Of a stretch of DNA of 64,000 nucleotides, positions 1 to 8,890 are shown piece after piece. Both the position numbers and the translations under genes were made by a program. Every line of letters starts with the position of its first letter. The first letter of the stretch is position 1. The notes beneath the pieces were generated by a model. That model saw only the letters and a program-made list of their open reading frames with translations. It searched no databases and was not told the DNA's origin. Source of the stretch: an uncultured Acidimicrobiaceae bacterium (lineage in GTDB: Bacteria > Actinomycetota > Acidimicrobiia > Acidimicrobiales > Bog-793); the NCBI GenBank assembly GCA_963849105.1, contig CAWKGD010000005.1, positions 75,269 to 139,268 on the forward strand. The letters are read 5' to 3'.

Positions 1-313
1 TCTCTCCGGCCCCGTAACCTTCGGTCCGGAGCCAGGCCAACTGGTCGCCGCGTCGGAGCTCTCCTGCCGGAACGAAGCTGCCATATCGAACGTCGGAGGC
101 TCGCCAAACCAGGTGGTCTGCGGTGACGTCGAGCTGGTGGCCGGACTTGGCGTGGATTCGGAGCACTTCCTTACGCCCATTGGCCTTCACGGCGACGATG
201 CGCGTGACGCCATGCGCGTCGAGAACCTTGGTGCCGATCGCACGATCGTCGACGAGCTGGCCGATCGGAACGAGACCATCGGGCGTATTCACGAGGGCGC
301 CGTAGGGTTGGCA
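1..313 (-). mobile_element. Intein, N-terminal splicing region (blocks A and B), inserted in nrdJ; C-terminal end outside the window
   Basis: From the Cys codon (complement of 311-313) the frame reads CQPYGALVNTPDGLVPIGQLVDDRAIGTKVLDAHGVTRIVAVKANGRKEVLRIHAKSGHQLDVTADHLVWRASD. That gives Cys1 plus a TPDG pattern (block A) and TxxH (block B). It replaces the expected C-F-I-L continuation of NrdJ. Confidence 0.7.
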
Positions 314-754
314 AGCACTTGCCTGTTGGGGAACGCCCTTCACACCGATGTTGAACCAGACCGGTGAGTTGAAGGCCGCCTTCTGGTTGACGATCAGGTG
401 CTTCAGCTCGTCGCGGAACGTATCGGTCTCCTCGTCGTCGGCGAAGTAACCGTCGCGCGCGCCCCAGTCGGCGATCGTGTCCGCGACGCGGTCGATCACC
501 TGTCGCAGCGAGTGCTCCCGCTCGGGCGTGCCGAGGGTGCCGCGGAAGTACTTCTGGGCGAGAATGTTCGTCGCGTTCATCGACCAGTCCGTCGGCACTT
601 CGACGTCGTGCTGTTCGAAGGCGACTTCGCCGCTGCGGTAGTCCGAGATCATCGAGTCACGCCGCTCCCACTCGATCTCGTCGTAGGGATGACGGCCTTT
701 CGTCGTGAAGTGGCGCTTGATGCCGATGTCGACCCGCTCGTCCGCTACCGCCAT
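1..754 (-). CDS. nrdJ: Class II (adenosylcobalamin-dependent) ribonucleotide reductase NrdJ, N-terminal part; runs off the window edge and is interrupted by an intein from codon 148
   Basis: Own reverse translation from ATG (complement of 752-754): MAVADERVDIGIKRHFTTKGRHPYDEIEWERRD...NILAQKYFRGTLGTPEREHSLRQVIDRV...AAFNSPVWFNIGVKGVPQQASAC. This matches conserved NrdJ N-terminal blocks (KYFRG, FNSPVWFN, QxSAC). It is absent from the ORF track because no stop lies inside the window. Confidence 0.85.
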   Translation of the reverse strand, partial: MAVADERVDIGIKRHFTTKGRHPYDEIEWERRDSMISDYRSGEVAFEQHDVEVPTDWSMNATNILAQKYFRGTLGTPEREHSLRQVIDRVADTIADWGARDGYFADDEETDTFRDELKHLIVNQKAAFNSPVWFNIGVKGVPQQASACQPYGALVNTPDGLVPIGQLVDDRAIGTKVLDAHGVTRIVAVKANGRKEVLRIHAKSGHQLDVTADHLVWRASDVRYGSFVPAGELRRGDQLAWLRTEGYGAGE

Positions 755-837
755 CGAAAGAACCCCCTCGACCTCGCCCCGCACGCCCTGTCCACGGCGA
801 CGGGGCGCAGACCTGCGAACCCCGAACGCGCTTTGAG

Positions 838-884
838 ACACAACATGTAGTGGTATCTGGTCACTCGACCACTAGATAAGGACA
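838..884 (-). promoter_or_regulatory. Putative tandem NrdR boxes upstream of nrdJ
   Basis: ACACAACATGTAGTGG (838-853) matches the remembered NrdR-box consensus acaCwAtATaTwGtgt at 13/16. A weaker 16-mer, CCACTAGATAAGGACA (869-884, 9/16), is centred 31 bp away, the usual tandem spacing. Both lie 85-130 nt upstream of the nrdJ start. Confidence 0.45.
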
Positions 885-979
885 CAATTACACCATCGTA
901 GTTACGCCGATGTCAACGAAATGTTTTCGGTGCCCGTCACCGGCGACCCTACCGAGACGGTGTGGCACTCCACCTCTCG

Positions 980-1684
980 TCAGGCGGCCAAGACGACACC
1001 GGCCTCCCTTGCCGCTTCGGCGATCGCCGCTACCGGAGTCGGCGACGCGATAATCGCCCACGTCGCGCCGGCCGACGCGAGTGCGCGCAACAGCCCGGCA
1101 GCGGCCGGTGGCCGTTTCGCAAGCGATCCCGCCCAGGAGACGGGCCCTTGGGTGGCGAGCGCCCCCACCGGGTCGACGGTGACGGCGAATACGTTGAGCG
1201 TCGCGCCCGTCTTCCAGGCGACGGCGTTCGTCTCCTCGCCACCCGCTCCGATCCACACCTCGATCCCATCGCCCAAGAGCGCCGAGGCGACGCGCTCGAG
1301 TGACGACCGTCGATGGGAGGCGGGGGCGAAGTCGATCCCATACGCAAGGTTCTCCGCCGCGCTCAGGCTGTCACCCGTGCCGAGCGCGGCGACGACGCGG
1401 CCGCCGCTCAGCGCGGCGAGGGTACGGAACTCACCGATCAGCACCTCGTCGGGGACAAGGCCGATCCGTGCGACGAGGGTTCCAAGACGCAGGTTCGTCG
1501 TCTCGGCGGCGAGAAGGCCGAGCAAGGGGAACGGCTCGATCGCTGGCTTTCCCGGATCCTCCATCGGCCAGAGGTGGTCGTAACAGAAGACGCCGTGCAG
1601 GCCGTACTCCTCCGCTTCTCTCGCCCGGGCGACGGCGGGCTCGGCGCGGCGTTCGAACGTCGGCAAAATGACGCCGATTCGCAA
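980..1684 (-). CDS. Luciferase-like (LLM class) flavin/F420-dependent oxidoreductase
   Basis: 234-aa ORF: MRIGVILPTFER...YGLHGVFCYDHLW...LRLGTLVARIGLVPDEVL...GRVVAALGTGDSLS. This is the typical LLM/TIM-barrel oxidoreductase pattern. TTG start. Confidence 0.75.
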   Translation of the reverse strand: MRIGVILPTFERRAEPAVARAREAEEYGLHGVFCYDHLWPMEDPGKPAIEPFPLLGLLAAETTNLRLGTLVARIGLVPDEVLIGEFRTLAALSGGRVVAALGTGDSLSAAENLAYGIDFAPASHRRSSLERVASALLGDGIEVWIGAGGEETNAVAWKTGATLNVFAVTVDPVGALATQGPVSWAGSLAKRPPAAAGLLRALASAGATWAIIASPTPVAAIAEAAREAGVVLAA

Positions 1685-1700
1685 GCCGGCCGCGCCTTGA

Positions 1701-2141
1701 TCAGCGGGCGGTCTCGACGCGGGTCCTCAGGTCCCGAACCGCGGCATGCAAGATGTTCGCCTCCACACGGCGCTTCACAAACCCCGGGATCGGCACCCGC
1801 AACTCAACCGACAGCTCGTAACGCACTTCGGTCGTGCCGTCACTCGTCAGCCGGAAGTCGTAGCTGCCATCGAGGCGGCTCGTCAGGTCACCGTCCTGCT
1901 GGGTCCACGAAATGACGTTCGGCGCGCGCGAGTAGTCGTACGCGAGCACGTAATGCGTGCTGCGTCCGAAGGCGCCGGCACGGAAGCTGACGACCGTCCC
2001 CCGGCCCTGTTCGTCTCGCTCGAGGACGTGGACCTCTTTGACGTCGGCGACCCACTGCGGATACCGCTCGAAGTCCGTGACGACCGCGAAGCACCGTTCG
2101 GGCGTGGCGGCGATCGTCATCCGCTGCGCGGTGCTCTCCAC
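1701..2141 (-). CDS. SRPBCC (START/polyketide cyclase-dehydrase-like) family protein
   Basis: Sequence: ...MTIAATPERCFAVVTDFERYPQWVADVKEVHVLERDEQGR...VLAYDYSRAPNVISWTQQDGDLTSRLDGSYDF. Start set at GTG 2141, preceded by AAGGAG with a 6-nt spacer. The 130 Arg-rich residues upstream in the track ORF were rejected. Confidence 0.8.
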   Translation of the reverse strand: MESTAQRMTIAATPERCFAVVTDFERYPQWVADVKEVHVLERDEQGRGTVVSFRAGAFGRSTHYVLAYDYSRAPNVISWTQQDGDLTSRLDGSYDFRLTSDGTTEVRYELSVELRVPIPGFVKRRVEANILHAAVRDLRTRVETAR

Positions 2142-2215
2142 CTGCGACTCCTTTCGAGCGGCACGAGCAACTCCCCCGCTGCTCGAGTCTCCGGGAATGT
2201 ATGTAGCAGGGTAAA

Positions 2216-3361
2216 TCACCCGGCGCGTGCCCCACCGGTATCGGCCCGGCGCAGCGCCGTGTCGAGACGAGCAGCGAGATCGTCGTAATTGAATTCCGCC
2301 TCCGCCCGGACGCGACCGGCGGCGCCCATGTTCTCGCGTAGGTCCTGGTCGTCGAGGAGACGGGCGAGCGCGGCGCGGGCGACGACAACGTCGGCAGGGC
2401 GGTCGACGACGATCCCCGTCACTTGGTCGACGACGGCCTCGTGCGAGCCACCGCTTCGCCCCGCCACCTGGGGCACGCCCGCGGCCGCAGCCTCCAAAAA
2501 GACGATGCCGAAGCCCTCCTGCTCGAGACCGAGCCATCGCGTCCGGCAGAGCATCGCGGCGACGTCGGCCGAACCGACGAGCAGCGGCAGTTCGCCATCG
2601 CTCACTCGTCCCAGCAGGTGCACCGGTGCACGGCGGCGACGGATGAGCCGATCGAGTCGTTTCGCGTCGCGGCCGGCACCGGCGATCGCGACCGCGAGAT
2701 CGGGTCGCGTCTCACCGAGATCCGCTGCCGCTTCGATGAGCACGTCGAACCCTTTTCGTGGGACCAGGCGGCTGACGCCGACGACGACGCGCCCCTCGGT
2801 CGGGAGGCCGAAGCGGCGTCGGGTCGCGTCGATCGTCTCGGCGTCGAGCGGATGAAAGCGCTCCGAATCGACACCGGGAGGAACGATGACGATCTCCGGC
2901 ATCGCCGAACCCGCGAGGCGGCGCGCTTCGCGCGCCGGGTAGTTGCCCGCCGCGATGACGAGATCCGCGCCACTGAGCACACGTCGCAACAGCGTTTGAG
3001 TCAGTGGGAGGCGCGCCGGCACCGTCACTTCTGAGCCGTGGAGGACGACTCCGTACGGCATCCCCAGCTTCGAAGCAAGATGTCCGATCGGCAACGCAGG
3101 GTCGAACAGCACGAAGTTGGCGTCCACTGCGCTCGCGTACTCGCGCAGCGCCGACGCAATGTGCGGCGAAGGGAGCAAGGCCGCGGCGCGAACCCGGCGA
3201 ATACGAAGGGGAAACGCCACGTCAAAGGATTCCGCGTTCGGTTGTGCTCGCGTGAAGACTGCGTGCCGCTCAGGAGGGAGCCTCCGCCACAGCTCGAAGA
3301 GGTAGGACTGGATCCCGCCAACTTTCGGCGGGAAATCGTTCGTGACAAGGAGGGTCGTCAC
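2216..3361 (-). CDS. GT4 family glycosyltransferase, PimB'-like (phosphatidylinositol mannoside mannosyltransferase family)
   Basis: 381 aa. The N-terminus MTTLLVTNDFPPKVGGIQSYLFELWRRL resembles the remembered mycobacterial PimB' start. The C-terminal GT-B region reads EQEGFGIVFLEAAAAGVPQVAGRSGGSHEAV (E-x7-E type). Confidence 0.8.
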   Translation of the reverse strand: MTTLLVTNDFPPKVGGIQSYLFELWRRLPPERHAVFTRAQPNAESFDVAFPLRIRRVRAAALLPSPHIASALREYASAVDANFVLFDPALPIGHLASKLGMPYGVVLHGSEVTVPARLPLTQTLLRRVLSGADLVIAAGNYPAREARRLAGSAMPEIVIVPPGVDSERFHPLDAETIDATRRRFGLPTEGRVVVGVSRLVPRKGFDVLIEAAADLGETRPDLAVAIAGAGRDAKRLDRLIRRRRAPVHLLGRVSDGELPLLVGSADVAAMLCRTRWLGLEQEGFGIVFLEAAAAGVPQVAGRSGGSHEAVVDQVTGIVVDRPADVVVARAALARLLDDQDLRENMGAAGRVRAEAEFNYDDLAARLDTALRRADTGGARAG

Positions 3362-3382
3362 ACTTCGGGACGCACGCTTCGA

Positions 3383-3586
3383 TCAGCTGACGCGTTGTTC
3401 GTGCCGGAGAGCAGGAACGAGACCAGCGCGTTCGAGCATCCGTATTGCGCGAGCTTCCGCCGCGTCGATGACGATCGCGTCGCCCGGGTCGCGGCTAAGC
3501 AGGAAACTGACGACGCAGTCGTCACAAGTGGGCGTGGATTGGTGGATGCAGCTCCCGCAATCGATCCTGACATCGTTGTCGGCCAC
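3383..3586 (-). CDS. Small Cys-rich hypothetical protein (CxxC...CxxC)
   Basis: (V)ADNDVRIDCGSCIHQSTPTCDDCVVSFLLSRD...; GAAGGAGG lies 4 nt before GTG 3586. It sits 22 nt upstream of the GT4 gene on the same strand. Confidence 0.5.
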   Translation of the reverse strand: MADNDVRIDCGSCIHQSTPTCDDCVVSFLLSRDPGDAIVIDAAEARAIRMLERAGLVPALRHEQRVS

Positions 3587-3715
3587 GGCACCTCCTTCAC
3601 GGCCCGCTGCCACCAACGCGACAGCAGCTGCACGCCATGATGACCACCGGCTGTATCACTGCTCCTTGGGATGTAACTCCTCCCTGGTCACAGGCCGAAT
3701 CGTCGGGCACGCCGT

Positions 3716-4327
3716 TCATTTCGCGTGTTCGAGCTTCGCGGCGAGTGCTCGTAGCGCGCGTCCGCGGTGCGAGAGAGCATGCTTTTCGTCCGAGTCGAGC
3801 TCGGCGAGCGTCCGTCCGTCTCCACCAAGCGGGACGAAGACAGGGTCATAGCCGAAGCCGTGTTCACCTCGAGCGCTCATCGCGATCTCACCTTCGAGGA
3901 TCCCTTCGGCCGTGATCTCTCTCCCATCGCTGAGAGCCGCAGCTGCCACTGTTCGAAAGCGCGCGGACCGGTCAGCTGCGTCCTTCAGTTCATGGAGCAA
4001 CAGTGCGATGTTGTCGGCAGCGATTCCCGCTGGCCCCGCGTAACGCGCGGTCAGCACGCCCGGTCGCCCACCGAGCACCGCGACTTCCAAGCCCGTGTCG
4101 TCCGCGATTGCCGCCACTCCCGTCGCGTCCCGTACCTCGCGCGCTTTCAATAACGCATTCTCCTCGAGCGTCGATCCAACCTCGTCGGTCGGACGGAGCT
4201 CTTCGGTTCGCGGCAAGAGCTGGGCGTCGGGGGGTAACACGGACGAAAGGATCTCCGTCATCTCCTTCGCCTTGTCACGATTCGCGGAGGCGATCACAAA
4301 GACCCGCTCATTCGACAACGCACTCAC
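3716..4327 (-). CDS. rdgB: Non-canonical purine NTP pyrophosphatase (RdgB/HAM1)
   Basis: 203 aa: [15 protein letters not shown]...[14 protein letters not shown]...[10 protein letters not shown]...[20 protein letters not shown]. The GTG start overlaps the rph stop (GTGA). Confidence 0.9.
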   Translation of the reverse strand: MSALSNERVFVIASANRDKAKEMTEILSSVLPPDAQLLPRTEELRPTDEVGSTLEENALLKAREVRDATGVAAIADDTGLEVAVLGGRPGVLTARYAGPAGIAADNIALLLHELKDAADRSARFRTVAAAALSDGREITAEGILEGEIAMSARGEHGFGYDPVFVPLGGDGRTLAELDSDEKHALSHRGRALRALAAKLEHAK

Positions 4328-5076
4328 GAAGTCGAACGCGGCTCGATTGGCGTTGCGATCGCTCTGTGTTGAGCGTCAATGAGAGCCGCAATCCCGGTCG
4401 ACGCGAGTTCGACGAGGTCGTCGAGCTCCTCGCGCGAATAAGGGTTTCGCTCCGCAGTGCCCTGAACCTCGACGAATCGTCCTGAATCGGTCATCACGAC
4501 GTTCATGTCGACATCGGCACGCGCGTCTTCCTCGTAGTCGAGGTCGAGCAGCGGCTCGCCGTCCACGATTCCGACCGACACCGCCGCCACCGAACCGAGC
4601 AGTGGAACCACGGAGATTTCCCCCTGAGCGACAAGCCACCGGGAGGCATCGTGCAGCGCGACGTACGCCCCGGTGATCGCCGCGGTCCGCGTCCCCCCGT
4701 CAGCTTGCAAAACGTCACAGTCGAGAATCACTTGGCGTTCGCCGAGGGATGGGAGATCGCAGACCGCGCGTAGCGATCGGCCGATGAGCCGCTGGATCTC
4801 CTGGGTGCGGCCACTCTGACGGCCTTTCGTCGCCTCGCGTGCCACCCGTTCCGCGGAGGAACCCGGCAACAGCGAGTACTCCGCCGTCACCCAGCCTCGA
4901 CCCGTGTCCTTGAGCCAGCGGGGAACGTCCCTATCGATCGACGCCGTGCAGAGCACTTTTGTGCGCCCCATCGTGACGAGCACCGAGCCCGACGCGAACT
5001 CAGTGAAGCCGCGCTGGATTTCAAAGGGGCGAAGATCCCCGTGCCCGCGGCCGTCTTTGCGGTGCGCGTCAGCCAC
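4324..5076 (-). CDS. rph: Ribonuclease PH
   Basis: Sequence: ...[41 protein letters not shown]...[15 protein letters not shown]...[16 protein letters not shown]...[23 protein letters not shown]. Start set at GTG 5076 by alignment with the remembered M. tuberculosis RphA N-terminus. The longer track ORF reaches 5160. Confidence 0.9.
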   Translation of the reverse strand: MADAHRKDGRGHGDLRPFEIQRGFTEFASGSVLVTMGRTKVLCTASIDRDVPRWLKDTGRGWVTAEYSLLPGSSAERVAREATKGRQSGRTQEIQRLIGRSLRAVCDLPSLGERQVILDCDVLQADGGTRTAAITGAYVALHDASRWLVAQGEISVVPLLGSVAAVSVGIVDGEPLLDLDYEEDARADVDMNVVMTDSGRFVEVQGTAERNPYSREELDDLVELASTGIAALIDAQHRAIATPIEPRSTS

Positions 5077-5947
5077 GTTGAGCCCCTTCTGATCGAGACG
5101 CCCGTTCACCGGACGCATCACTTTTGTCGACTGTCGTGAACTCTGCTGCGAAATCGACACTCTCAGCGAATTCGAGCTCGGGTCCGAGAAAGCGCCGCCC
5201 CATCTCGACGAACCAGTCGCTGTCGCCCGACGACAGGAATCGGTGCCGTCCCTTTCCGGAGATCCGCCGGCCCGCCCCCGCCGACTCCAAGAGCCGGCGC
5301 ACTTCGAACGCCGTCTCTTCGGCGGACGACACGAGCACGACTTCCGACCCGACTACGTCACTGATCGTGCGAGCGAGAAATGGGTAGTGCGTGCAACCGA
5401 GAAGCAACGTGTCGATGCCTTGAGTACGGATCGACGTCAGCCGATCGCTCGCGAGCACACGCAACTCTTCGCTCTCAGTATCTCCCCGTTCAACGAATTC
5501 GACGAAACCCGGACACACGACCAAGGTGAGCGAACTCGAAAGACGCAGCGACGTTGCTGCGCGTTCATACGCGCCGGAGGAGATCGTCGCGGTCGTGCCG
5601 ATGACCCCGACTCGTCCATTGCGGGTCGCGCTGGAGGCCGCACGCAGACCCGGTTCGATCACGCCGATGACCGGCACTTCGAAGCGATAGCGCAGGAGCT
5701 CGAGAGCGGCAGAAGCAGCCGAATTGCACGCAACGACAAGCATCTTCACGCCGCAACGCTTCACCAAATACGTTGAGATCTGTTCTGCGAAGTTGCGGAT
5801 CTCGTCGTGCGGACGAGAGCCGTAGGGGTAACGCGCCGAGTCACCGGCGTAAACGAGTTCTTCGTTCGGAAGCAAATCGATCAACGCGCGCACGACGGTG
5901 AGGCCACCGAATCCGCTGTCGAAGATACCGATCGGACGATCATCCAC
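5069..5947 (-). CDS. murI: Glutamate racemase
   Basis: 292 aa: [42 protein letters not shown]...VVACNSAS...[11 protein letters not shown]. Confidence 0.92.
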   Translation of the reverse strand: MDDRPIGIFDSGFGGLTVVRALIDLLPNEELVYAGDSARYPYGSRPHDEIRNFAEQISTYLVKRCGVKMLVVACNSAASAALELLRYRFEVPVIGVIEPGLRAASSATRNGRVGVIGTTATISSGAYERAATSLRLSSSLTLVVCPGFVEFVERGDTESEELRVLASDRLTSIRTQGIDTLLLGCTHYPFLARTISDVVGSEVVLVSSAEETAFEVRRLLESAGAGRRISGKGRHRFLSSGDSDWFVEMGRRFLGPELEFAESVDFAAEFTTVDKSDASGERASRSEGAQRG

Positions 5948-5992
5948 GCGCCGACCAGGTTATGCGCCGAGTCCGGCGCGCCTCGGTGAAAG

Positions 5993-6937
5993 TCAGAAGT
6001 ACACGGTCTTCGCGACGCGCTCGACGGCTTCGTCGATTGAGCCGGTCCATGCCTCCGACGACAGGTACTTCCAACCGCCGTCTGGCGAGACAACGACGAT
6101 CATCCCGGAATCGATGCGCTGTGCGCATCGCACCGCCCCGGCGAGCGCGGCGCCCGTCGAGAGCCCAGCCAAGATCCCGCGTTCCGCGAGACGTCGCGTC
6201 CAGACGACAGAGTCGCGGGGACCGATGATCGTCTTGCGATCGAGAAGCTTCTCGCCGCCCAGGTCCGTGAAGATCGGCGGGATGAAACCGTCGTCCAGAC
6301 TTCTCAGACCGTCGACGTTCTCGCCAGCCGGCGGTTCGATCGCCCACACCTCGATATCGGGATTCTGTTCCTTCAGGTATCGCCCGACGCCAAGCAGCGT
6401 TCCGCTCGTCCCGAGTCCGGCGACGAAGTGAGTCACTCCGGGGACGTCGCGCCAGATCTCTGGACCCGTCGTCTCGTAGTGCGCGCGGGGGTTCGCCGGG
6501 TTCCCGTACTGGTAGAGCATCACCCACTCGGGATGCTGCTCAGCGAGGCTTTGGGCGAGCCGCACGGCGCCGTTCGAGCCCTCGGCTCCCGGTGAAGAGA
6601 TGATCTCGGCGCCGAATGCCTTCAACAGCTGGCGTCGTTCGATCGAGACGTTGTCCGGCAGCACGACCTTCAGGGGGTATCCCTTCAGCCGGCTGACGAG
6701 CGCGAGTCCGATTCCCGTGTTGCCCGACGACGGTTCGAGGAGCGTCTGTCCGGGCCGCAGAACCTCGCGTTCCTCCGCGTCCTCGATCAGATAACGCGCG
6801 ACACGATCTTTGACCGATCCACCGGGGTTGAGTCCCTCGAGCTTGACGAAGACGCGCGCCGCAGGATTCGGGCTGAGCTCGGAGACCTCGACGATCGGCG
6901 TGTTGCCGATCAGATCGAGAACACCGCGGGCAACCAT
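5993..6937 (-). CDS. cysM: PLP-dependent cysteine synthase, CysM type (CysO-thiocarboxylate dependent)
   Basis: MVARGVLDLIGNTPIVEV...VFVKLEGLNPGGSVKDRVA...EPSSGNTGIGLALV...GLGTSGTLLGVGRYLKE. Start at ATG 6937, 17 nt after the cysO stop. The upstream 38 residues of the track ORF overlap cysO and were rejected. Confidence 0.88.
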   Translation of the reverse strand: MVARGVLDLIGNTPIVEVSELSPNPAARVFVKLEGLNPGGSVKDRVARYLIEDAEEREVLRPGQTLLEPSSGNTGIGLALVSRLKGYPLKVVLPDNVSIERRQLLKAFGAEIISSPGAEGSNGAVRLAQSLAEQHPEWVMLYQYGNPANPRAHYETTGPEIWRDVPGVTHFVAGLGTSGTLLGVGRYLKEQNPDIEVWAIEPPAGENVDGLRSLDDGFIPPIFTDLGGEKLLDRKTIIGPRDSVVWTRRLAERGILAGLSTGAALAGAVRCAQRIDSGMIVVVSPDGGWKYLSSEAWTGSIDEAVERVAKTVYF

Positions 6938-6953
6938 CGGCGGGTCGGTTTGA

Positions 6954-7235
6954 CTACTCGGATCCGCCGGCAACTGCGGGGAGGATCGAAACGACGTCGC
7001 TCGGCGCAAGCTTCGTGTCCAGCCGGTCGAGATAGCGCACGTCGTCGTCATTGACGTAGATATTCACGAAACGGTGCAGACCGCCGTTTTGCGAGAGCAC
7101 CTGCGGCGCGAGCGCCGGGTACCTCTGCACGAGAGTGTCGAGCACCTCGCCGACGGTCGATCCCTCGGCGGATACCCGGGCGTTGCCCCCAGCCGCGCCC
7201 CGCAGCAGCGTCGGAAGTCGGACTTCGACGGACAC
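6954..7235 (-). CDS. cysO: Sulfur-carrier protein CysO (ThiS/MoaD beta-grasp) with a GG-SE C-terminus
   Basis: (V)SVEVRLPTLLRG...LHRFVNIYVNDDDVRY...VSILPAVAGGSE aligns with the remembered M. tuberculosis CysO (MNVTVSIPTILRP...AVAGG). GGAGGAG lies 5-6 nt before GTG 7235. Confidence 0.85.
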   Translation of the reverse strand: MSVEVRLPTLLRGAAGGNARVSAEGSTVGEVLDTLVQRYPALAPQVLSQNGGLHRFVNIYVNDDDVRYLDRLDTKLAPSDVVSILPAVAGGSE

Positions 7236-7322
7236 CAGTCGCTCCTCCACCTCGAAACTGTCAAATGTTGACCGAATTGGTCAGATTCTACCGGTGCGCT
7301 CAGAGAGAGCGATCGGTCGAGG

Positions 7323-7784
7323 TCAGTGGCTCGAGTCCTCGAGGGTCTCGACGTCGTCCTCGGCAATCGAGCCGTCGGCGATGCGGTACGACCGAAGCGT
7401 CGGAGTCTCTCCGCGCAATGACACCACGACGTAGAACCACGCCGGATCGGGAGCTTCGGCGATGTCGGTCGGCGATGGGAACGCATCGGTGTGGGTGTGG
7501 GAGTGGAAGACGCCGACGATCGAGCGCCCCTCTGCCTCTGCGGCGCGATCCGCACGCAGTTGGTCCGTCGGGTCGACAACGAAGCGACGAGCGGACACGG
7601 CCGCGTTTCGTGTCGGATACCAGCGATCGATTGGTGTGCGCGCGCTTGTCGCCGCGAGCAACCCGCAAGCCTCTTCGGGATATCCAGCGATGCAATGCGC
7701 GAAGAGAGCGCTCACGACGTTCCTGTCAATCGTGACGCGACGGCCCGTGGGATCTGCACCTCGTTGGCGGGCGTCGGTCGTCAT
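7323..7784 (-). CDS. mec: JAMM/MPN+ metalloprotease Mec (CysO-cysteine peptidase)
   Basis: 153 aa: YPEEACGLL...GVFHSHTHTDAFPSPTD (JAMM motif ExnHxHx7Sx2D). It is the first gene of mec-cysO-cysM. Confidence 0.85.
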   Translation of the reverse strand: MTTDARQRGADPTGRRVTIDRNVVSALFAHCIAGYPEEACGLLAATSARTPIDRWYPTRNAAVSARRFVVDPTDQLRADRAAEAEGRSIVGVFHSHTHTDAFPSPTDIAEAPDPAWFYVVVSLRGETPTLRSYRIADGSIAEDDVETLEDSSH

Positions 7785-7811
7785 GGTTTGAGGAAGGTAC
7801 CGTCTCGTCCC

Positions 7812-8336
7812 GTGCCTGCGCGCCGGAGATCGAAAGACGCGCTAACGAAAAAGGCGCAGTCCGCCGATGCTTCCCGCGGCGAGGGCTTCCGCCGCATTGC
7901 ACAAAACCGGCGCGCCCGACACGAATACGACATCCTCGAAACCTTCGAAGCCGGCCTCGAACTGAAAGGCGGCGAGGTCAAATCCCTGCGTGCCGGGCAG
8001 GTGAGCCTCCAGGACTCTTACGCCCGGGTCGAAAACGGAGAAATCTGGCTGGTCGGCGCGCGCATCGCGCCCTACGAGTACGCGAGCGGGTTCGGCGCCG
8101 TCCCCGCCGACCGGTCGCGAAAACTCCTCCTCCACCGCCGCCAGATCGACCAGCTGAAGGGTCGGGTCGCCCAGCAAGCGCTCACGCTTGTTCCGCTCTC
8201 CATCTATTTCTCACACGGACGGGCAAAGGTCGAACTCGCGCTCGCCCGCGGACGCCGTCTCTACGACAAGCGGCGCGCGCTCGCCGATCGCGACGCCGCA
8301 CGAGAGGCGGAGCGCGCGATGAAGGGCGCGTACTAA
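7812..8336 (+). CDS. smpB: SsrA-binding protein SmpB
   Basis: Sequence: ...IAQNRRARHEYDILETFEAGLELKGGEVKSLRAGQVSLQDSYARVENGEIWLVGARIAPYEY...RKLLLHRRQIDQL. Start taken at the in-frame GTG 7812. The track ORF from 7491 would run through the divergent mec gene. Confidence 0.9.
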   Translation: MPARRRSKDALTKKAQSADASRGEGFRRIAQNRRARHEYDILETFEAGLELKGGEVKSLRAGQVSLQDSYARVENGEIWLVGARIAPYEYASGFGAVPADRSRKLLLHRRQIDQLKGRVAQQALTLVPLSIYFSHGRAKVELALARGRRLYDKRRALADRDAAREAERAMKGAY

Positions 8337-8490
8337 ACCGAAATGACTTTGTGCCGCGCCGGCAAAGGACCACCGATAGGTGCGAAACCTTGTTTTGCAG
8401 GTGTTCCCGCCTGGCGAAGCCCCCGTCACTCGACGGTACGATGAGCATTGAGAGCACGCTCTTGTTTCTTCGTGTGCTTTCAATTGACAA

Positions 8491-8847
8491 GGGGGTGACA
8501 GGCTTCGACCTTGGTTGTTGAGGTGGGAGAAGCGAGCCGTGGTCTCCGGAGCCACGTTAAAGAGCCGGAAACCAAAACAAACGCCGAGCCTCAGCTCGAG
8601 CTGCTCGCTGCCTAAGTAGCAGCAAGCCGTCCGTCCGATCCCAGTCCCGCGGATCGGTAGCGGGCGTCATTGAGCGGGACTTACCCGAACCGCGACGTCA
8701 ACCCGCGGTTCAGGGACACCTCGGTTGACTGGGATCCTGCGCCGCCGCCGGCGGAGAGGCGGGATCCGAGATACTTCCGCCGGCTGCGCTCGGAGAAGGC
8801 CCATTGAGATCCCAAGGGACCGGGGTTCGATTCCCCGCACCTCCACC
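8491..8847 (+). ncRNA. ssrA: tmRNA (SsrA)
   Basis: 5' end GGGGGUGACAGGCUUCGAC and 3' end GGGGUUCGAUUCCCCGCACCUCCACC. The acceptor stem GGGGGUG/CACCUCC has a G3:U pair, and a T-arm is present. The tag ORF (8583-8615) reads GCC GAG CCU CAG CUC GAG CUG CUC GCU GCC UAA, i.e. AEPQLELLAA. The gene sits directly downstream of smpB. Confidence 0.92.
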
Positions 8848-8890
8848 TCGAATCTGTTCGTGAAAGTCTGGGTTTAGTCCTGACTGCTAT

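Noticed and set aside
2142-2537. 130-residue N-terminal extension of the SRPBCC ORF
   Set aside because: It is an Arg/Pro-rich stretch overlapping the 3' end of the GT4 gene. An AAGGAG-GTG start at 2141 gives a normal-length START-like protein.
8484-8489. TTGACA hexamer just upstream of ssrA as a -35 promoter box
   Set aside because: It abuts the mature tmRNA 5' end with only a 1-nt gap, so it cannot be a -35 for that 5' end. The real promoter must lie further upstream of a processed precursor.
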